This document shows, in pieces, positions 51,271 through 64,000 of a stretch of 64,000 bases of DNA. The first letter of the stretch is position 1. Every line of letters begins with the position of its first letter. The position numbers and the translations under genes are program-made. Origin of the DNA: Podarcis pityusensis (Eukaryota); NCBI GenBank assembly GCA_964106645.2, contig OZ067043.1; one strand, written 5' to 3'. A model generated the notes under the pieces. The model did no database searches and was not told where the DNA came from. It saw only the letters and a list, made by a program, of their open reading frames with translations.

Positions 51271-53324
51271 GTAAGTACCATTTGTTAGAGTGTTTGCTTG
51301 GATCAGATGGGTCTGAGGATCATTTTGTGAAATCTGTGTGCATAGTGCTGTCAAAACACCCCTGTCAATCCTCAGATGGTTCTAGGGAGTTGCTCTGTGG
51401 AGCTTCCACCAGCCACAAATCCTGAGCAAATTGGCATTTAGATTGCTGCTAAATACAGAAAAGCAATTGACATTTTTCATAATCTGTATTTCCAGCTTGT
51501 TGCAATGCAATTTCAGGCAGATGCGGGGGGAGCAGCCCACTTTCTACAGTCTTTGGTCCAGCTCGTTACATGGCAGAGTCAGATCTGTAATCTTTAAACC
51601 TCATTGATCCCAGTCGTGAAAAATACCCTGTTCTCTCAGCTGTGACCTTTGGTTGAAACAGAAGCTGTAATAAGAACACAATCACATTCAAACAGTTAAA
51701 TTCAATTTTTCCAAGTAATTTTGAGATATAAATTTGGAGGAACAAGCTTGAAAATTACCTTTGGAGAAAGAGAGATTAAGTTACATACCCTGCTGTGGCT
51801 TCCCTCGTCTCTTAGCAGAAGGACTTTGCTTAGAAGGGGTTTGCAGCGACAGCCCTATGTATGGTATCTCTCATTCCACCTTCTTTCTTTCCTCTCTCCC
51901 CCTAACTTGCTTTGTTCTAGTGGCATGCTCTTCCCTGTGTGAGAATTACTCTCCTGTGTGGACTGTGGTGATGACTACATCTTTTCGTAGCCTTTGTGTT
52001 GTGTGTTTGAGTATCTCCCTCTATATCAATTTATTGCCATTGATTGATTTTGCTCTCTCATACAACTCCAGGGGGAAAAGGAAATCTTACTTGAACTCTG
52101 ATTTTGGTGTCATTCTGATTTCTGTCTGCTAATTTGGGTTTGCAAATGAAAGCAATGAAGGAATAATCTGGGTTAGGTGGCTGAATCCTGTAATTTACCT
52201 GGGCTGCCAGTGAGAAAAAGCCTATTCACATTTGTTTGTTTGTTTGTTTTATTCAAGTAATTAACAATTACATGACAGCCAAAAACAAAGCACCCTGACA
52301 AACCAAGGTTCTAGGAAGAGATTGTGCTCTATCTATCCATCACAATACAGATTTATTCCTGGTTATATCACATTTTTATTTTTGTGCATTAACAGTCATT
52401 CCTTCATGCATAGGGTTAATGGTTGAAATTCTACTAGAAAACTGCTGGAGGTTGTCTTTGAGCAGGTCTTTCTCTGTGGAGTCCTTCACAAGGGTCCATA
52501 TTTGCTAATAGAATGTAGAAGGTTTGAGAGAGCTGGAGTAAGCTTATGGTTACAAAGCCAACCCCGTCAAATGATCCAGTGAGATAGTTCAAGGTCCTAC
52601 TGCTACTTGCCCCTGCTGGTGTCTCGAGCCTGCACAGCTGGGGACAATACCATTGAGAAGGTTATGGATCCTGTGGCCTTTGTTTTGTGTAGAATTTTAT
52701 GCTTGCTCTCTCGCCTTACATTTTTCCTGATGTATGTAGCATGGGTAGTTTATTTTTAAGAAGCAAGACTCTTGAATAACGTGGTTGGTGAGCATGTTAT
52801 GGCAAGTGGCAGATGCACTAGGTATATTGTTGCTCATCCCAGGGCCTTCTGCTGGAAGAGACAAGTGAGTGGTCTGCTTCTGTTCTGTTATATGTACTGA
52901 AGTTAACACTTTAACTGTGATGGAAGGGCTGCTACTTTCTTGTTACAATAGGTTTACAACCAGTCCTTTTCATCTTTTGCCCATGTATCTGTGGGGTAAA
53001 TGGCAGCACTATGAACAGAGAAGACTGCTTCATGCCCTTATTACATGACTGCGTAGCAGTTTGCCCTGCCAGGTATAGCAAAAGAATGTGCTTGTTTGTG
53101 GCCTGTTGATATGAGGAAGCACTTTGTCTCCGATAAGCATCTCATGACAATTAAAATTCAATATATGATGCTGCTGGAAGGTGCTGTTCATAAGTGAAAA
53201 TAAGACACAGAACCTTGCCAGGCTCAGAGACTAAAAGACAAGACAACAAGGGAAGGCAAGTGGAGGGAAGTTTTAAATGTTTGATTTTTATATATGCTGT
53301 AGGCCATTTAGAGATGGATGGGGT

Positions 53325-53326
<2 letters not shown>

Positions 53327-53358
<32 letters not shown>
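53327..53358. repeat. (TTA)n microsatellite
   Basis: Read directly. Confidence 0.9.
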
Positions 53359-54125
53359 GTCTGTCAGTACCAGAACAAAAAGAGATTAATTGTTAACAGA
53401 CATTTACTTCCTGTTAGCACCAGCTTGATCTTCCCTTTCTGGCAGTCTTGCCGGAATGGAAATGGTGAAACTACTCAGTAGCCCTTGGTTGTCCTTTTAC
53501 CAGTAACAAGTTCACTTGTGGTAGAAGTTGTGGGAAAGTTGTTCTTCCCTTCCCACTTCAGTTTGCTGTATTTTGTTGGGTCCCTGTTTCTTGCAGTGAA
53601 CTTCCTTGGCTATCCAGAATTATATGGTGGGCAATTTGTCTAGAAATTAGGCTGCAACTAACGACTGCTGGAATTGCATTGGCAGTTGCAAGTGCTGAGT
53701 TTGACAAACTGCTCCAGACAAACCAACCCTTTCATCCCATGTTGGAAATAGGAAAAAATGTGTGGATTTGTTCATGTGATTTAGTGAAAATGGGTGCTTT
53801 CTGTCAAAGGGAGGTGCACAGGAAACACAACAAGAGTAGCCTATGACAAAACATACCCTGGCTTACTTCACAGAGGCCACTGGATTGCATCAACCAACCT
53901 AGGAACATGTTTTCTCAATGCAACTTTCACTTGTCATCAGTGATGCGAGAGATGGAGGCCCTGTATCCAAAGTAATCTCATTAAAAAGTTAATATAACTT
54001 CAGGGTCAGTTTTCCTTCTTGTGTGTTTTGGAACTAAATGGGTCAAATATCCAAAGTAAAGAAATGCTCTTATATTCCTGCCTTCCTTAATTTGATAACG
54101 AGCTAAAAATGTCTGTTTCCCACAG

Positions 54126-54243
54126 GAAACCCTCATAGGAGGCCTTTTACCCGAAACAACCTATTCTATCAGCATCGCAGCCTACACCACCAAAGGGGAT
54201 GGGGCCCGCAGCAGGGACAAGGTGGTAACTACAAGTGGAGCAG
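54126..54243 (+). CDS. PTPRF: PTPRF exon, FN3 repeat 5 second half, 118 nt: [39 protein letters not shown]
   Basis: Acceptor tttcccacag|GAA, donor GCAG|gtgagc; [12 protein letters not shown] motif; not in the ORF track. Confidence 0.97.
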
Positions 54244-56220
54244 GTGAGCCAATAGTACTACAACACATCTTTGATGGGCAAATCTACTCTAATATTTTGA
54301 GCTCCAAAATCAAAAATGACAGAAATTTTAATCTTAAGAAGTGTTAGGAAGGTGAAAAAAGTACCTGTACCCTCGAACCCCTTGTTTTGCAGACTGAACT
54401 GCAGGTGATGGAGAAGCAAGTAGAAGAATGGAAACTTCCTCTCTTTAAGACCCGCTTCACACATTACAATTTTATTACAATGGAGATAATTTGCAGGCAT
54501 TCTGGCATGCCGTGTCTAACAGCAGTCAGTCAGATGTCTCTGGGGAGCGATAAGCAGAGCAGGAGAACAATGACCATCTCCTGTTCATCCCAAGTATCTG
54601 ACATTTGGAACTGTACTGCTTCTGCTCATAGTTACCATGGCTAATAGTTGCTGGGAAATGCCTCTGCCTTGAATTGGCAAAATACCATGACATTCACGTG
54701 GCAGCTTCATCACAGCTTAGTCAAATCAACTCACCCCAAATCCAGAATACCACTATGCTATTGTGAATTTGCTCTGAGTGCCACAGTCTGGCACAGGATA
54801 ATGGTTATCTTGGCACTGTGGTGATACTGAATAGTTTTGTTGTTGATGGATTTACACGTCAATCTCCCCTGATTTGGGGGAAGGATGTGTCTCTGTTGTG
54901 GGTGGAACGGAGATATGAAACCATCCATTTTATACAGCAGGTGTTAAGCTTTGAAGGGAGCAGCCCTTAATTTGTGCTACATATATGAGATTTGGAATCC
55001 TGTTGCTGCTCAGCCATCACATCAACATTCCTAGCAGGAACCAGTTCATCAGCTCAAACACAGCACATTTTGATTGCAAACAGCATGCTATGCTCTCAAC
55101 AGCTCGCACAGGTGGTGAAATTATAAAGATTGCTATGAAAATTGCCTGCATCAAACTAGCGGAGATTCCAGTTTTGAGTCTGGGCTTCTCTGCAACATCT
55201 TATATTAAAGCCCTGATTTCTTATCTCATGGCATTACCTTTCACTTTCTTTATCATACTGTCCCAAATCTACTTTCTCTAGGTTTGCTTCTGCAAATGGC
55301 AAGATTCAAGGAGTGGTTGCGGAAGTATGATGAGCTTTAAGAGTCAGATACAAGGATGTTTTGAAGACAGTATCCATCACAGTGTTATTTTTCATTGCAA
55401 TTTTGGAAATAGTTACATTTGGAATAATTTACACTATAGAAGTTAGGGATTAGCTGTTTAAATAATTTGCCCCAGGGTTTGGTTCTATCTGAATTTCAGT
55501 CCATCACTTACTGACATCCTGCATTATCAGTGTTTGCAAACTACAGGCACAAAGGTTTTCACAAAATATAGCAGCTGACAAAATTCCTTCAGAAGCTTGC
55601 ACAAAGTGTGGCATTTGTGATAATCTTATTCATCCCCATTCCTTTAAGATCCTATAGCATCCACCATAGGGTTCTCAACTCGCCTCCCCAAAAGAAATCA
55701 GATCTTATGATCAAGTTAGGCACATTTTACAGACAAACATATAGGTTAAGGATATTTGTGAAATGTAGCCATGTAGAAATTAGTTTTTTTCTATTATAAA
55801 ATTTGGATTGTGTTTTGTTGCTGCTGTTTAATTGTGGAATTTGGAGGACCTGGAAGAGTAAACACTGATATGTTCAGAAATACAGTGCAGTTGTTTCTGG
55901 ACTGAGCCACTTCAAATTGCAGGTGGTTTGCCTTTTTGGACATTGCCCCTGTAAACTCCCTGCCTGTGGAAAGCATGCAAAGGAAAAGTCTTCTCCCAGA
56001 TATGCTGCTTTTTTGTGTGCAGCTAATTTTAATGTGGGGAAGCGTTCAAACATATTGATCTTTCATCTGTAATCTGACGCCAAATTGATAGGGAGTGCCG
56101 TGCTAGCTAATATTCCTTAGCAGGTAGATAAATTTCCTGAATGAGCAACTCCAGCAGTGAAAAGGCCAGAACTCTGTCTCCCTCCCACTCATGGCATATC
56201 ACCCTGTTTTTGTCCCACAG

Positions 56221-56799
56221 TCCCAGGCAAGCCTACCATGATGATCAGCACCACAGCCATGAATACAGCTCTGATCAATTGGCACCCACCTAAAGAGATG
56301 GTTGGGGAGCTGCTGGGCTACCAGCTGCAGTTCAAACATGCTGAGGAGGAGAAGATGAGGATTATGAACTTTGAGAAGAACGTGGATCACTTCACCGTGA
56401 CTGACCTTTACAAGGGTGCCACCTACATCTTCAAGCTGGCTGCCAAGAATAGGGTTGGTCTTGGGGAGGAGTTTGAAAAAGAAATCACTACCGCAGAGGA
56501 AGCGCCAAGCGGTTTCCCCCAGAACCTGCACGTGGTGGGGCTGACCACCTCCACCACTAAAGTGACTTGGGAGCCTCCACTTCTGGCGGAGAGAAATGGG
56601 AAAATGACCAACTACACAGTTGTGTACAGAGACATTAACAGCCAGCAGAACCTGACCAATGTTACGAGGGAAACGAGCATCACTCTGACCAACCTCAAAC
56701 CTGACACAACCTATGACATCAAAGTTAGAGCCCACACTAACAAGGGAGCTGGCCCTCTCAGCCCCAGCATTCAGTCTAGGACGATGCCAATGGAACAAG
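56221..56799 (+). CDS. PTPRF: PTPRF exon, FN3 repeats 6 and 7, 579 nt: VPGKPTMMIS...QSRTMPMEQ
   Basis: Acceptor tgtcccacag|TC, donor CAAG|gtaagc; phase 1-1. Confidence 0.97.
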
Positions 56800-57426
56800 G
56801 TAAGCACTCCCCTGTGATCAGTTAATGAACCTCTATGGCAGAAAACAGGTCAGAGATGACGTGGTCAGTCTTACCTTCCTGAGCTTACAATTTTTTGAAT
56901 GGGGGGGGGAGCATAGAGGTTGCATGACTGCATTTGTTTTTTCAAACACATACCCACCCCATTTTCTGTTTCCAGATAAGAATTGTTGCTTTGGTGCAAA
57001 CTGAACAGGCAGCTTCTGTGAAGAAACAGTGCCTTATAACTGCTACCTTTTGAAGATTGCTGTGTACACACTATACCTTTAAAGTACAATCGGAACACAT
57101 TATTTTCCTCAAAGAATTCAGGGCACTGTAGTTTACCTCTTGCAGTGTTAAAAATCCTAGCAACCCATAACAAACTGCAGGGCCCAGAGAAAGAATATAC
57201 TTTGAACGTGCTTTAAATATATAGTTTGTACACAGTCTGTGACAAAGAGGGGAAGGTGGCAACACAGTTTGGTCAAAAAGCTTAAGTGTCCTAAGGTGCA
57301 AGAAGGCTTATTGAATCTACAGGAAAACACCAAATTTTGCTGCTACTGAGAAGAGTGGAAGGGAAAGGGTTAGTTGTCCAGTGTTGCCTCACGGGGGCCA
57401 CTCAAAAGGATTCTTTCTAATTGCAG

Positions 57427-57524
57427 TGTTCGCAAAGAACTTTCGTGTCAGTGCTGTGATGAAAACATCAGTGCTACTTAGCTGGGAGGTTCCAGACTCT
57501 TACAAATCTGCAGTTCCTTTCAAG
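57427..57524 (+). CDS. PTPRF: PTPRF exon, FN3 repeat 8 first part, 98 nt: [33 protein letters not shown]
   Basis: Acceptor ctaattgcag|TG, donor CAAG|gtaagg; phase 1-0. Confidence 0.97.
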
Positions 57525-59605
57525 GTAAGGGAATATGTCTGTCACATATGGGGACCCGATTAATGTGCAGTAAGGAAGAAATTAGAAAGTCTGTCTCAGG
57601 GACCTTCAGACCAAGAGTCTTGCTGTCATCAACCCAGTTATGTAAACTGAGCAACCAAATCCGGAGAAACACCAGGAGGTTTGAGTCAGGATGTAAGAAG
57701 TGTGGACACCCCCTTGTCCTGGGTACCCTAGAGTCCTGACACTTGTTTCCTTTAGTCTAGATCACCAAACATGGCAAATCAGCAGGTATGTCTTTAGAAA
57801 TTAGTTAAAAACTGGTACATTTCCAGTCAAAACCTCTTGATTCCCGTGCCGATTTTGGAGACTCATATATGCCCTTTAAATGTTACTCTAGTTGTATGGG
57901 AATTGGTTTCCCATGAGTCCTGCACGGTGGAGTGAGGAATTCATTCTCAGCACTGGCACAATCTTCTGCTCAGAACAGACTACAATTAGGAGCCCAAACC
58001 CCCTGCATTCCAGGCAAAATGGTTTGATCGAAGCATTTTTGTTCAGAACACAGGCAGAATTACACTTAGGGCAGGACAGAGATACCTCTAGAACCCAACA
58101 GGGCACCATAGTGTGCTGCTCTGCCTGTGGTCGCTAGCAACATGACAGAGATAAGTAAGCACTCATGACAGCAGGAGACTTCTATGCGGGGAATTTGTTC
58201 ATAAAAGGCTAGTTCTTTGGACTTGTTCCTAATGCTGTATGGTCAGAGCTGCCTTGGAACCATCATCAAAACCGTTGCATAGTGTGGGCTTCAAAACGTA
58301 GTTGCCAGATTTTGCTGACGTAAGCAGAGAGTTGACAGCAGTTGCTGCCATGGGTTTGCCATGATGAGGCACAGGAGCAGATGGTGTTAGCGGCTCACTA
58401 GCTGAGGAGCAGCCATGCAAACGCAATGGGTGTAAATGAGCTTTCTTCTTCCTGTAGACAGCATTAGATGTCCAGGCCATGCACAAGTGCCAACAGAGTA
58501 ACTGGCCCAGGAGCAGCAGCAACTTTGCAAACAGGACACTCCCCCACCCACCTGTGCTGAGCTGCTTAATTCAAGTGTACAGGATGCCAGGCCAAAGCCT
58601 AATAATCTAGCGAGCACCGCTGATAAGTCTCCATGGGAACAATTAGCATTATCTACACTTGATAAACAGTCTCACACTAAATCTACATCCCAAAGGGTGT
58701 CCTCTTTCTCTTTAACAGATTTAATTAAGGCAGATATTGTTATGATTTGTGAACACTGAGGCGCAGGCTAAATATGGTATTTTTTATTGGGAATGAACTG
58801 AGACCTCTGAAATTCCTTCACTGAAAAATCAACAACAGGGCTTTCAGTTCTCCTCAGAGAAGAGCCGTTGCTTCATCTGGTCCAGGAGATAAAACTCCCT
58901 GCAAAGAGATGACTGGTCCTGTGAAGTGAGTGAGAAGTGATGTTATGGTGAGATTCCTGCTGCAATCAGAACCTGACACTGTCCCTGATCTAAGAGAGCT
59001 GCTTCCCTGCCTGTGTTTGATGCTAGAAATGGATTTTAAATGAATGCTGTGTTGGGGAATGAGAACTGATCATGAGACATTTTCATGAGGACATAGGCAG
59101 AATGTTTTCAGACCAGTAGCCCTGGCTTCCACCTCCTAATATTGTACCTTGACAGATTTTTAGTAACAGATTCATCTTGCAGACTACTTTAGCTTCTCTG
59201 ACACAGTAACTTACACCATTGTTGCCTAACTCCAGAAGGCCCAGCAAGTGAGGAACAGCCAAGCAGGCATCTCTACCCTAGATAACCGTACCACCGCACT
59301 CCTTACTCCCGAATGGACGACAGAAAAAGTAGCAATAGTTATGGGAGCTAGGGACCTTATCTTTCTTCCTACCCACATGTGCAGACCAACAGAGCTGGGA
59401 GAAGGCAGCACCAACTCTTATTTCTACATGGGGGTCCATGTTCTCTCAGATTTGGTATAGTCACGCTTATCAACAGGTCAGCTTGTTTGGTACCTTACAA
59501 TAAGAAAAAAAAGACCCAAACCAGGAAGAGGAGTTTTGGAAAGAACTTCATCCAACCCTTTTCCTATCAGTTTGGGCTGAATCAACTGTTTCCCTCTGCT
59601 TACAG

Positions 59606-59859
59606 ATTCTGTACAATGGCCAGACTGTGGAGGTGGATGGCCACTCCATGAGGAAGCTGATTAATAACCTGCAGCCAGACACAAATTATTCCTTTGCACT
59701 CACAAACCGGGGAAGTAGCGCAGGAGCCTTGCAGCACCGAGTCTTCATCCGGACAGCACCTGATGTCATCCAGAGCAAGCCCATTTCCACATACAAATAC
59801 ATCCATAATGGGCAGTTCACTCTGACTCTTCCCAAAGTGCAGACCTCTGTGCCAGTCAG
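59606..59859 (+). CDS. PTPRF: PTPRF exon, FN3 repeat 8 second part, 254 nt: ILYNGQTVEVDGHSMRKLI...KVQTSVPV(R)
   Basis: Acceptor ctgcttacag|ATT, donor TCAG|gtacgt; phase 0-2. Confidence 0.96.
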
Positions 59860-60109
59860 GTACGTTTCTACTTTATTTATTTTTTAATTTATGATGCTAT
59901 CATAGGAAAACATGGTGTTGTATAGTTGGGGAAGGGTCTCCTGAGTCCCTGCAGAGTTTTGGTGGTTTTGCACAGGTAATAAGGGTGGTATTATAGGGAA
60001 CTGTATTGGATTTCATAGATCATGATAATGGTGTAAATCCACCTACAACATGTTAAAAATGGTTCCCAATAGCAAGAGGTTACTAAAAATATGAGAGCAC
60101 TCTGTGCAG

Positions 60110-60225
60110 CAGCCTTACCTGATCTGATGTTTTGAACTACAACTCCCAGCTGGCATGGTCAATGGACAAGGGTATCAGAGCTGTAGCCCAAAACATCTGG
60201 AAGGCACTAGGTTGGGCAAGGGCGA
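60110..60225. mobile_element. hAT-like MITE, same family as 38469-38604
   Basis: gatgttttgaactacaactccc...gagctgtagcccaaaacatc inverted pair. Confidence 0.6.
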
Positions 60226-60669
60226 TGTGCAGGATGTGATCAGGGTTCTGGATCTGGGCTACCATTTTTACATATTATAACCTGCTCCTCTCAGTCACCT
60301 ATCATTATATGAAAAATAGGGAGTCATAATCCCCATCATTCATCTGAAAGGGCCCAGGGTGTACTTTCCACACTGCTGCACAGTTACTTTAAATAATGTA
60401 TGTAAATCCTAATAGGAGGCTTGTGGAAGTCTCATTTGTGTTTTTGATCTCGCACCACTGAAAAAGGAACCAGATTATAGAGCTGTGCTTTCCCAGCTTC
60501 GGACACTATCACTTAGAAGCTGGCCTGGTGACTTTTATTAACCTAATACATGCCAGCAGGCTACAGCCCGTGTCTCTGGGAAGTTCAAAGGAGGGAGTTG
60601 CAGGGCTTTCATGGAAAGCATTCCTCTGTTTGAAGTAGAGCTCACTTATTCCCCTCTCTTGTTCCCCAG

Positions 60670-60760
60670 GTGGTACTACATCGTGGTTGTGCCGATAGAC
60701 CACACAAGCAACCTAGTTGGCTCCAGATTGAAGAGCCCAGATGATATGGGACTAGACCAG
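60670..60760 (+). CDS. PTPRF: PTPRF exon, 91 nt: (R)WYYIVVVPIDHTSNLVGSRLKSPDDMGLDQ
   Basis: Acceptor gttccccag|G, donor CCAG|gtagga; phase 2-0. Confidence 0.95.
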
Positions 60761-62266
60761 GTAGGAGAAGGCCAAAACTTGTTTCCACTTGTTTTGAAGG
60801 GGGTAAGGGAAACAGATGTTCAAGAAACTAGCCCACACATATGAAATAATTTGGGAGAGTATATGAGCAGCGTTAACCATCCTGTCATACTGGAGATAAT
60901 GGCAAAGGACCTGGGGTTTCAGAAACTTTGCCTATGCGGGATAATTCCCACATTTGATAGCTTAATTTGGAGGTGCCATCTTCTGCCATCCTGAAGTCAT
61001 CAAGTTCCTCAAATACCCATGATATCCATATTCATCTTTAACCAGCTCTCAAAATTGCCTGTGAAGCTTACTGGTCCAGTGAAAGAGGTCACTGAAGTGT
61101 GATTGCCCATGGACTTGTTGCATGTATGGATCACACCACGCCTCCTTCTGCCCTCAGGTTCTGTTGTATAATTTATATGCAAAACAAGATGTAGGAAGCA
61201 GAGGTCCCCATTTGGATGGGTAAGGCAGAAGGCAGGGAGCCCAAACTGTACTTGGAGTCGGAGCCAGTGACAGGCAGAGTCACTTAATTCTCCCTGCTGA
61301 GTTTTGCAAGGGAAACACTGAGACTTAAGAAAGAGAAAACTGGCAGTCAGTGCCACCCCCTACACAGGATGTAAATAAGAAGCCAGGCAAGTGGGGGCTT
61401 ACCAAGGGGAGCAGTGCCGCAATTTGCCCCAATAGATCAGTTTCCACTGGTAAAAACTGAAGCTTGGATAAGACTGTGTGCACACACACATCTTTGTGTT
61501 GCACACATTAGTTAGGATGCAGAGAAGCTGTGGTTGGAGGGCAGGGATGCCATTTTGTTAGGGTCACAAGCCAGCACCCTCCTTCCCTGAAATAATGGCA
61601 TGGTTCTGTGTGGTCTCTGTTTCCTTCCTGGCACCACCATTGCTCTAATTCTTCATCTCTGCCCTAACACATTTTTGTGTGAAATTTATTTCATGCCTCC
61701 TCCTTCATTTTAAATTAGAATTTCTGTTCAGAGCCAGCATTCATTTTTATTCATTAGAAAAACATCTTTAAACATCTGAGAGCTTTTCTGAGCAATGTAA
61801 TTGAATTTTGGTGTGTTTATATCCTTTTTTCTTGAGTTTGTGGATGACTATGAAATTTGCCATTTTTTCCTCTCTCTGAACATTCCATGTTAGCACTGTG
61901 TGTGATTTATACAAAGTCTTGCTGCAGCCCAGCAGGATGTGGTGGGGGTGGTGAGCTCTGCGTACAGATTTTGTCCGTTTTAGTGTAAGCTACAAAGTGT
62001 GTTTGCAGAGTGGCAGAAATCTGTGTCAAAGCCTGTGGAATTTTTGCCTATCTCCAAAAGTTCAAATTGCTGGGCATCTAAAGATGCATATGTGGACTGT
62101 GTGGCCTGTTCTCTGCTGCTCTGCTGCTCTACCATCAAAGAGAAACACGTATTTTAAAATGATTTCCCTTGAGATGTTGAGGGGTATAAACTTTATAAAA
62201 ATGGTACACTATTTTTCACAAAACTGTGCCCAGTGTAGGTTATGATGAATACAAACAAAACATGCA

Positions 62267-62345
62267 TAAGAATGTGAACAGAGGCCTGCTGGGTCAGACC
62301 AGGGGTCCATCGTGTCCTGCTTCCTGTTTTCACAGTCGTCCACCA
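62267..62345 (-). mobile_element. CR1-type 3' tail fragment
   Basis: taagaatgtgaacagaggcctgctgggtcagaccaggggtccatc...cctgttttcacagt resembles the reversed CR1 tail. Confidence 0.5.
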
Positions 62346-62582
62346 TAAACCCAGGACAACACTTGGTTCCAGTTTTACCCCCAGCAACTTAATTAACTGT
62401 TCTGTTAAGGAAGTAGATGTACATTCATTGAGTTCTAGAGAAAGCCTTCGGGAATGCACTAGAGTAATGAATACCTGGACCTCCCTTTGTCACCTGGCTT
62501 ACAGGTTTTCCTCATGGAAATGTAGAGTCACCTTGGTAAATAGCATTGCTCTCTCTCACGCTAGCTTCCTTTTGCTACCCAG

Positions 62583-62795
62583 CTACTTGAGGCCATGAAC
62601 CAAGGGGACCCAAGCAGGCGCCAGCGACGTCAGGCAGAGCGGCTCAAGCCTTATATTGCTGCCCAAATGGATGATCTGCCAGAGACCTTTGTCTTGGGGG
62701 ACCAGAAGAGCTATCAAGGCTTCTACAATAAGCCCCTTTCAGAAGACTTGAGCTACCGTTGTTTTGTGCTGGCTTCACTGGAGGATGGGGATACG
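62583..62795 (+). CDS. PTPRF: PTPRF exon with proprotein-convertase site, 213 nt: LLEAMNQGDPSRRQRRQAERLKPYIAA...GFYNKPL...CFVLASLEDGDT
   Basis: Acceptor tgctacccag|CTA, donor ACG|gtaagg; RRQRR at 62616-62630. Confidence 0.96.
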
Positions 62796-63969
62796 GTAAG
62801 GACCACGAGAAGCGAAGGGACTGTGTGCTGCCTAAGACTACCATTAGGGAAGCTTTGTCACAGTGGAACTTTGCTCTGCAAAGCTTAAGCTAATAAAATC
62901 AGATGTATAAAACAACTCAGAATCTCCTTCCCCTTCTCCATGCCTCTCTTGCCGGGTGCCTTGCAGTCCATAGGAAGAAAATAGATTATCTGCCCCACTC
63001 TCTGTGCTTCTTCACTTTCCACACCCCTGTAATCTTTAGGATTATCCATTGTTCCAAGCCAGAATGAATAAGGGAGGGGAAATGGTGGATAATGCCATTG
63101 CTTCTGCAAATGTGTAAATAATGTCCACCCATAATGAAGATACTCAAGCCCTTCTGCTCCATCCCATGCTGGGTCTCTCACTTTCAGCCTCATTTACTTG
63201 TAATGGCTCATTAGAGCTGGTCAAATGCTTCATTACTCTTCTGGTCTGAGCACTTGTGTGGCGGACATAGCAAACATGCAGGCAGGAGAATAGAGACCGC
63301 AGAGCAGGCGGAGAAGGTGCCCTTGTGCCACAAGGTTGGGTACTGCATGTACAAGAGTGAATGTGCATAAGAGCACTTTGGCTAGCAGAGCAAACTCTCC
63401 AAGCAACTGGTTTTATTTTGTGGTGCAACTGCAGCTGCCCTCTACATAAGATCTGCTGCCCTCACAAAGTTCTCTGCCAGTTCTTTCTGAAACCTGTGCC
63501 AGGTTGTGAGCTCCAGCTTGGCACTCAACTCAGTCTTCGTGTTCTTAAACTAGAGGAATGAAGCCACAATATCATAAATGGCTGTTGCTGAAAGAACGAT
63601 TGCAGAGCCACAGATTACTTTGTCATTTAGCACTTTATCAGTCTCGTTTCATTTATCACTGCATTATTCTGCATTTCATTTCCCTGTGACTTCATTGGTT
63701 ACAGCCCCCTCCATGTCCCCAGGCATGTGTATATATACATATACCTGTAATTCAGAGTAACACATCATGCATCTAATGGGCTGTAGTTCACAAAAGCTAT
63801 GCCACAGTGAATTTATTAGTCTTTAAGGCACCGCAAATACCTTCCTTGTTTTTGCTGCCCCCTGGAATTCAACATTTATTGTTTTGTTTCCCCAAGAAGT
63901 GTCAAAAATTTAGTTCTAATCTTAGAATTTGGGGAACGTGTAGTTATTTCTCAGTAATGGGCTCTAGAA

Positions 63970-64000
63970 TATTATTTTTTTACTATTCTGCATGTTCTAG
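63970..64000 (+). other. Probable 3' splice site of the next PTPRF exon
   Basis: The window ends tttttttactattctgcatgttctag; the exon itself is not visible. Confidence 0.45.

Noticed and set aside
53560-53600. Acceptor-like tttcttgcag followed at once by TGA (possible truncating exon)
   Set aside because: No donor or nearby polyA signal identified; such acceptors are common by chance.
56199-56807. 202-aa antisense ORF
   Set aside because: Shadow frame of the FN6-7 exon; the same applies to antisense ORFs over the exons at 34302, 36098, 40459 and 62583.

Overview
Eukaryotic (vertebrate) genomic DNA, most likely a lacertid or other squamate lizard, judged from a Sauria-family SINE plus CR1 and L2 LINE remnants. 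The whole window lies inside one + strand gene, the LAR receptor tyrosine phosphatase PTPRF. I read 14 conventional coding exons with GT-AG boundaries and consistent phases, running from Ig2 through Ig3 and FN3 repeats 1-8 to the furin-site exon. The gene starts before the window and continues after it. The ORF track misses the microexons: meA6 (18 nt, GGTPIR), meB (12 nt, DPRE) and meC/LASE-c (27 nt, LRFKDAIDH). The best candidate novelty is a 9-nt microexon (9876-9884, VFF) at the meA3 position, which I know for PTPRD/PTPRS but not for mammalian PTPRF. It has a perfect donor, a ~99-nt AG-free zone and RBFOX/QKI motifs. Weaker candidates are a 30-nt exon, a 96-nt exon, a recursive-splice-like site and an inverted SINE pair upstream of meC. 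There are no prokaryotic-type systems, CRISPR arrays, rRNA or tRNA genes. Comparisons to human paralogues are from recalled sequence, not from searches, and repeat boundaries are approximate.
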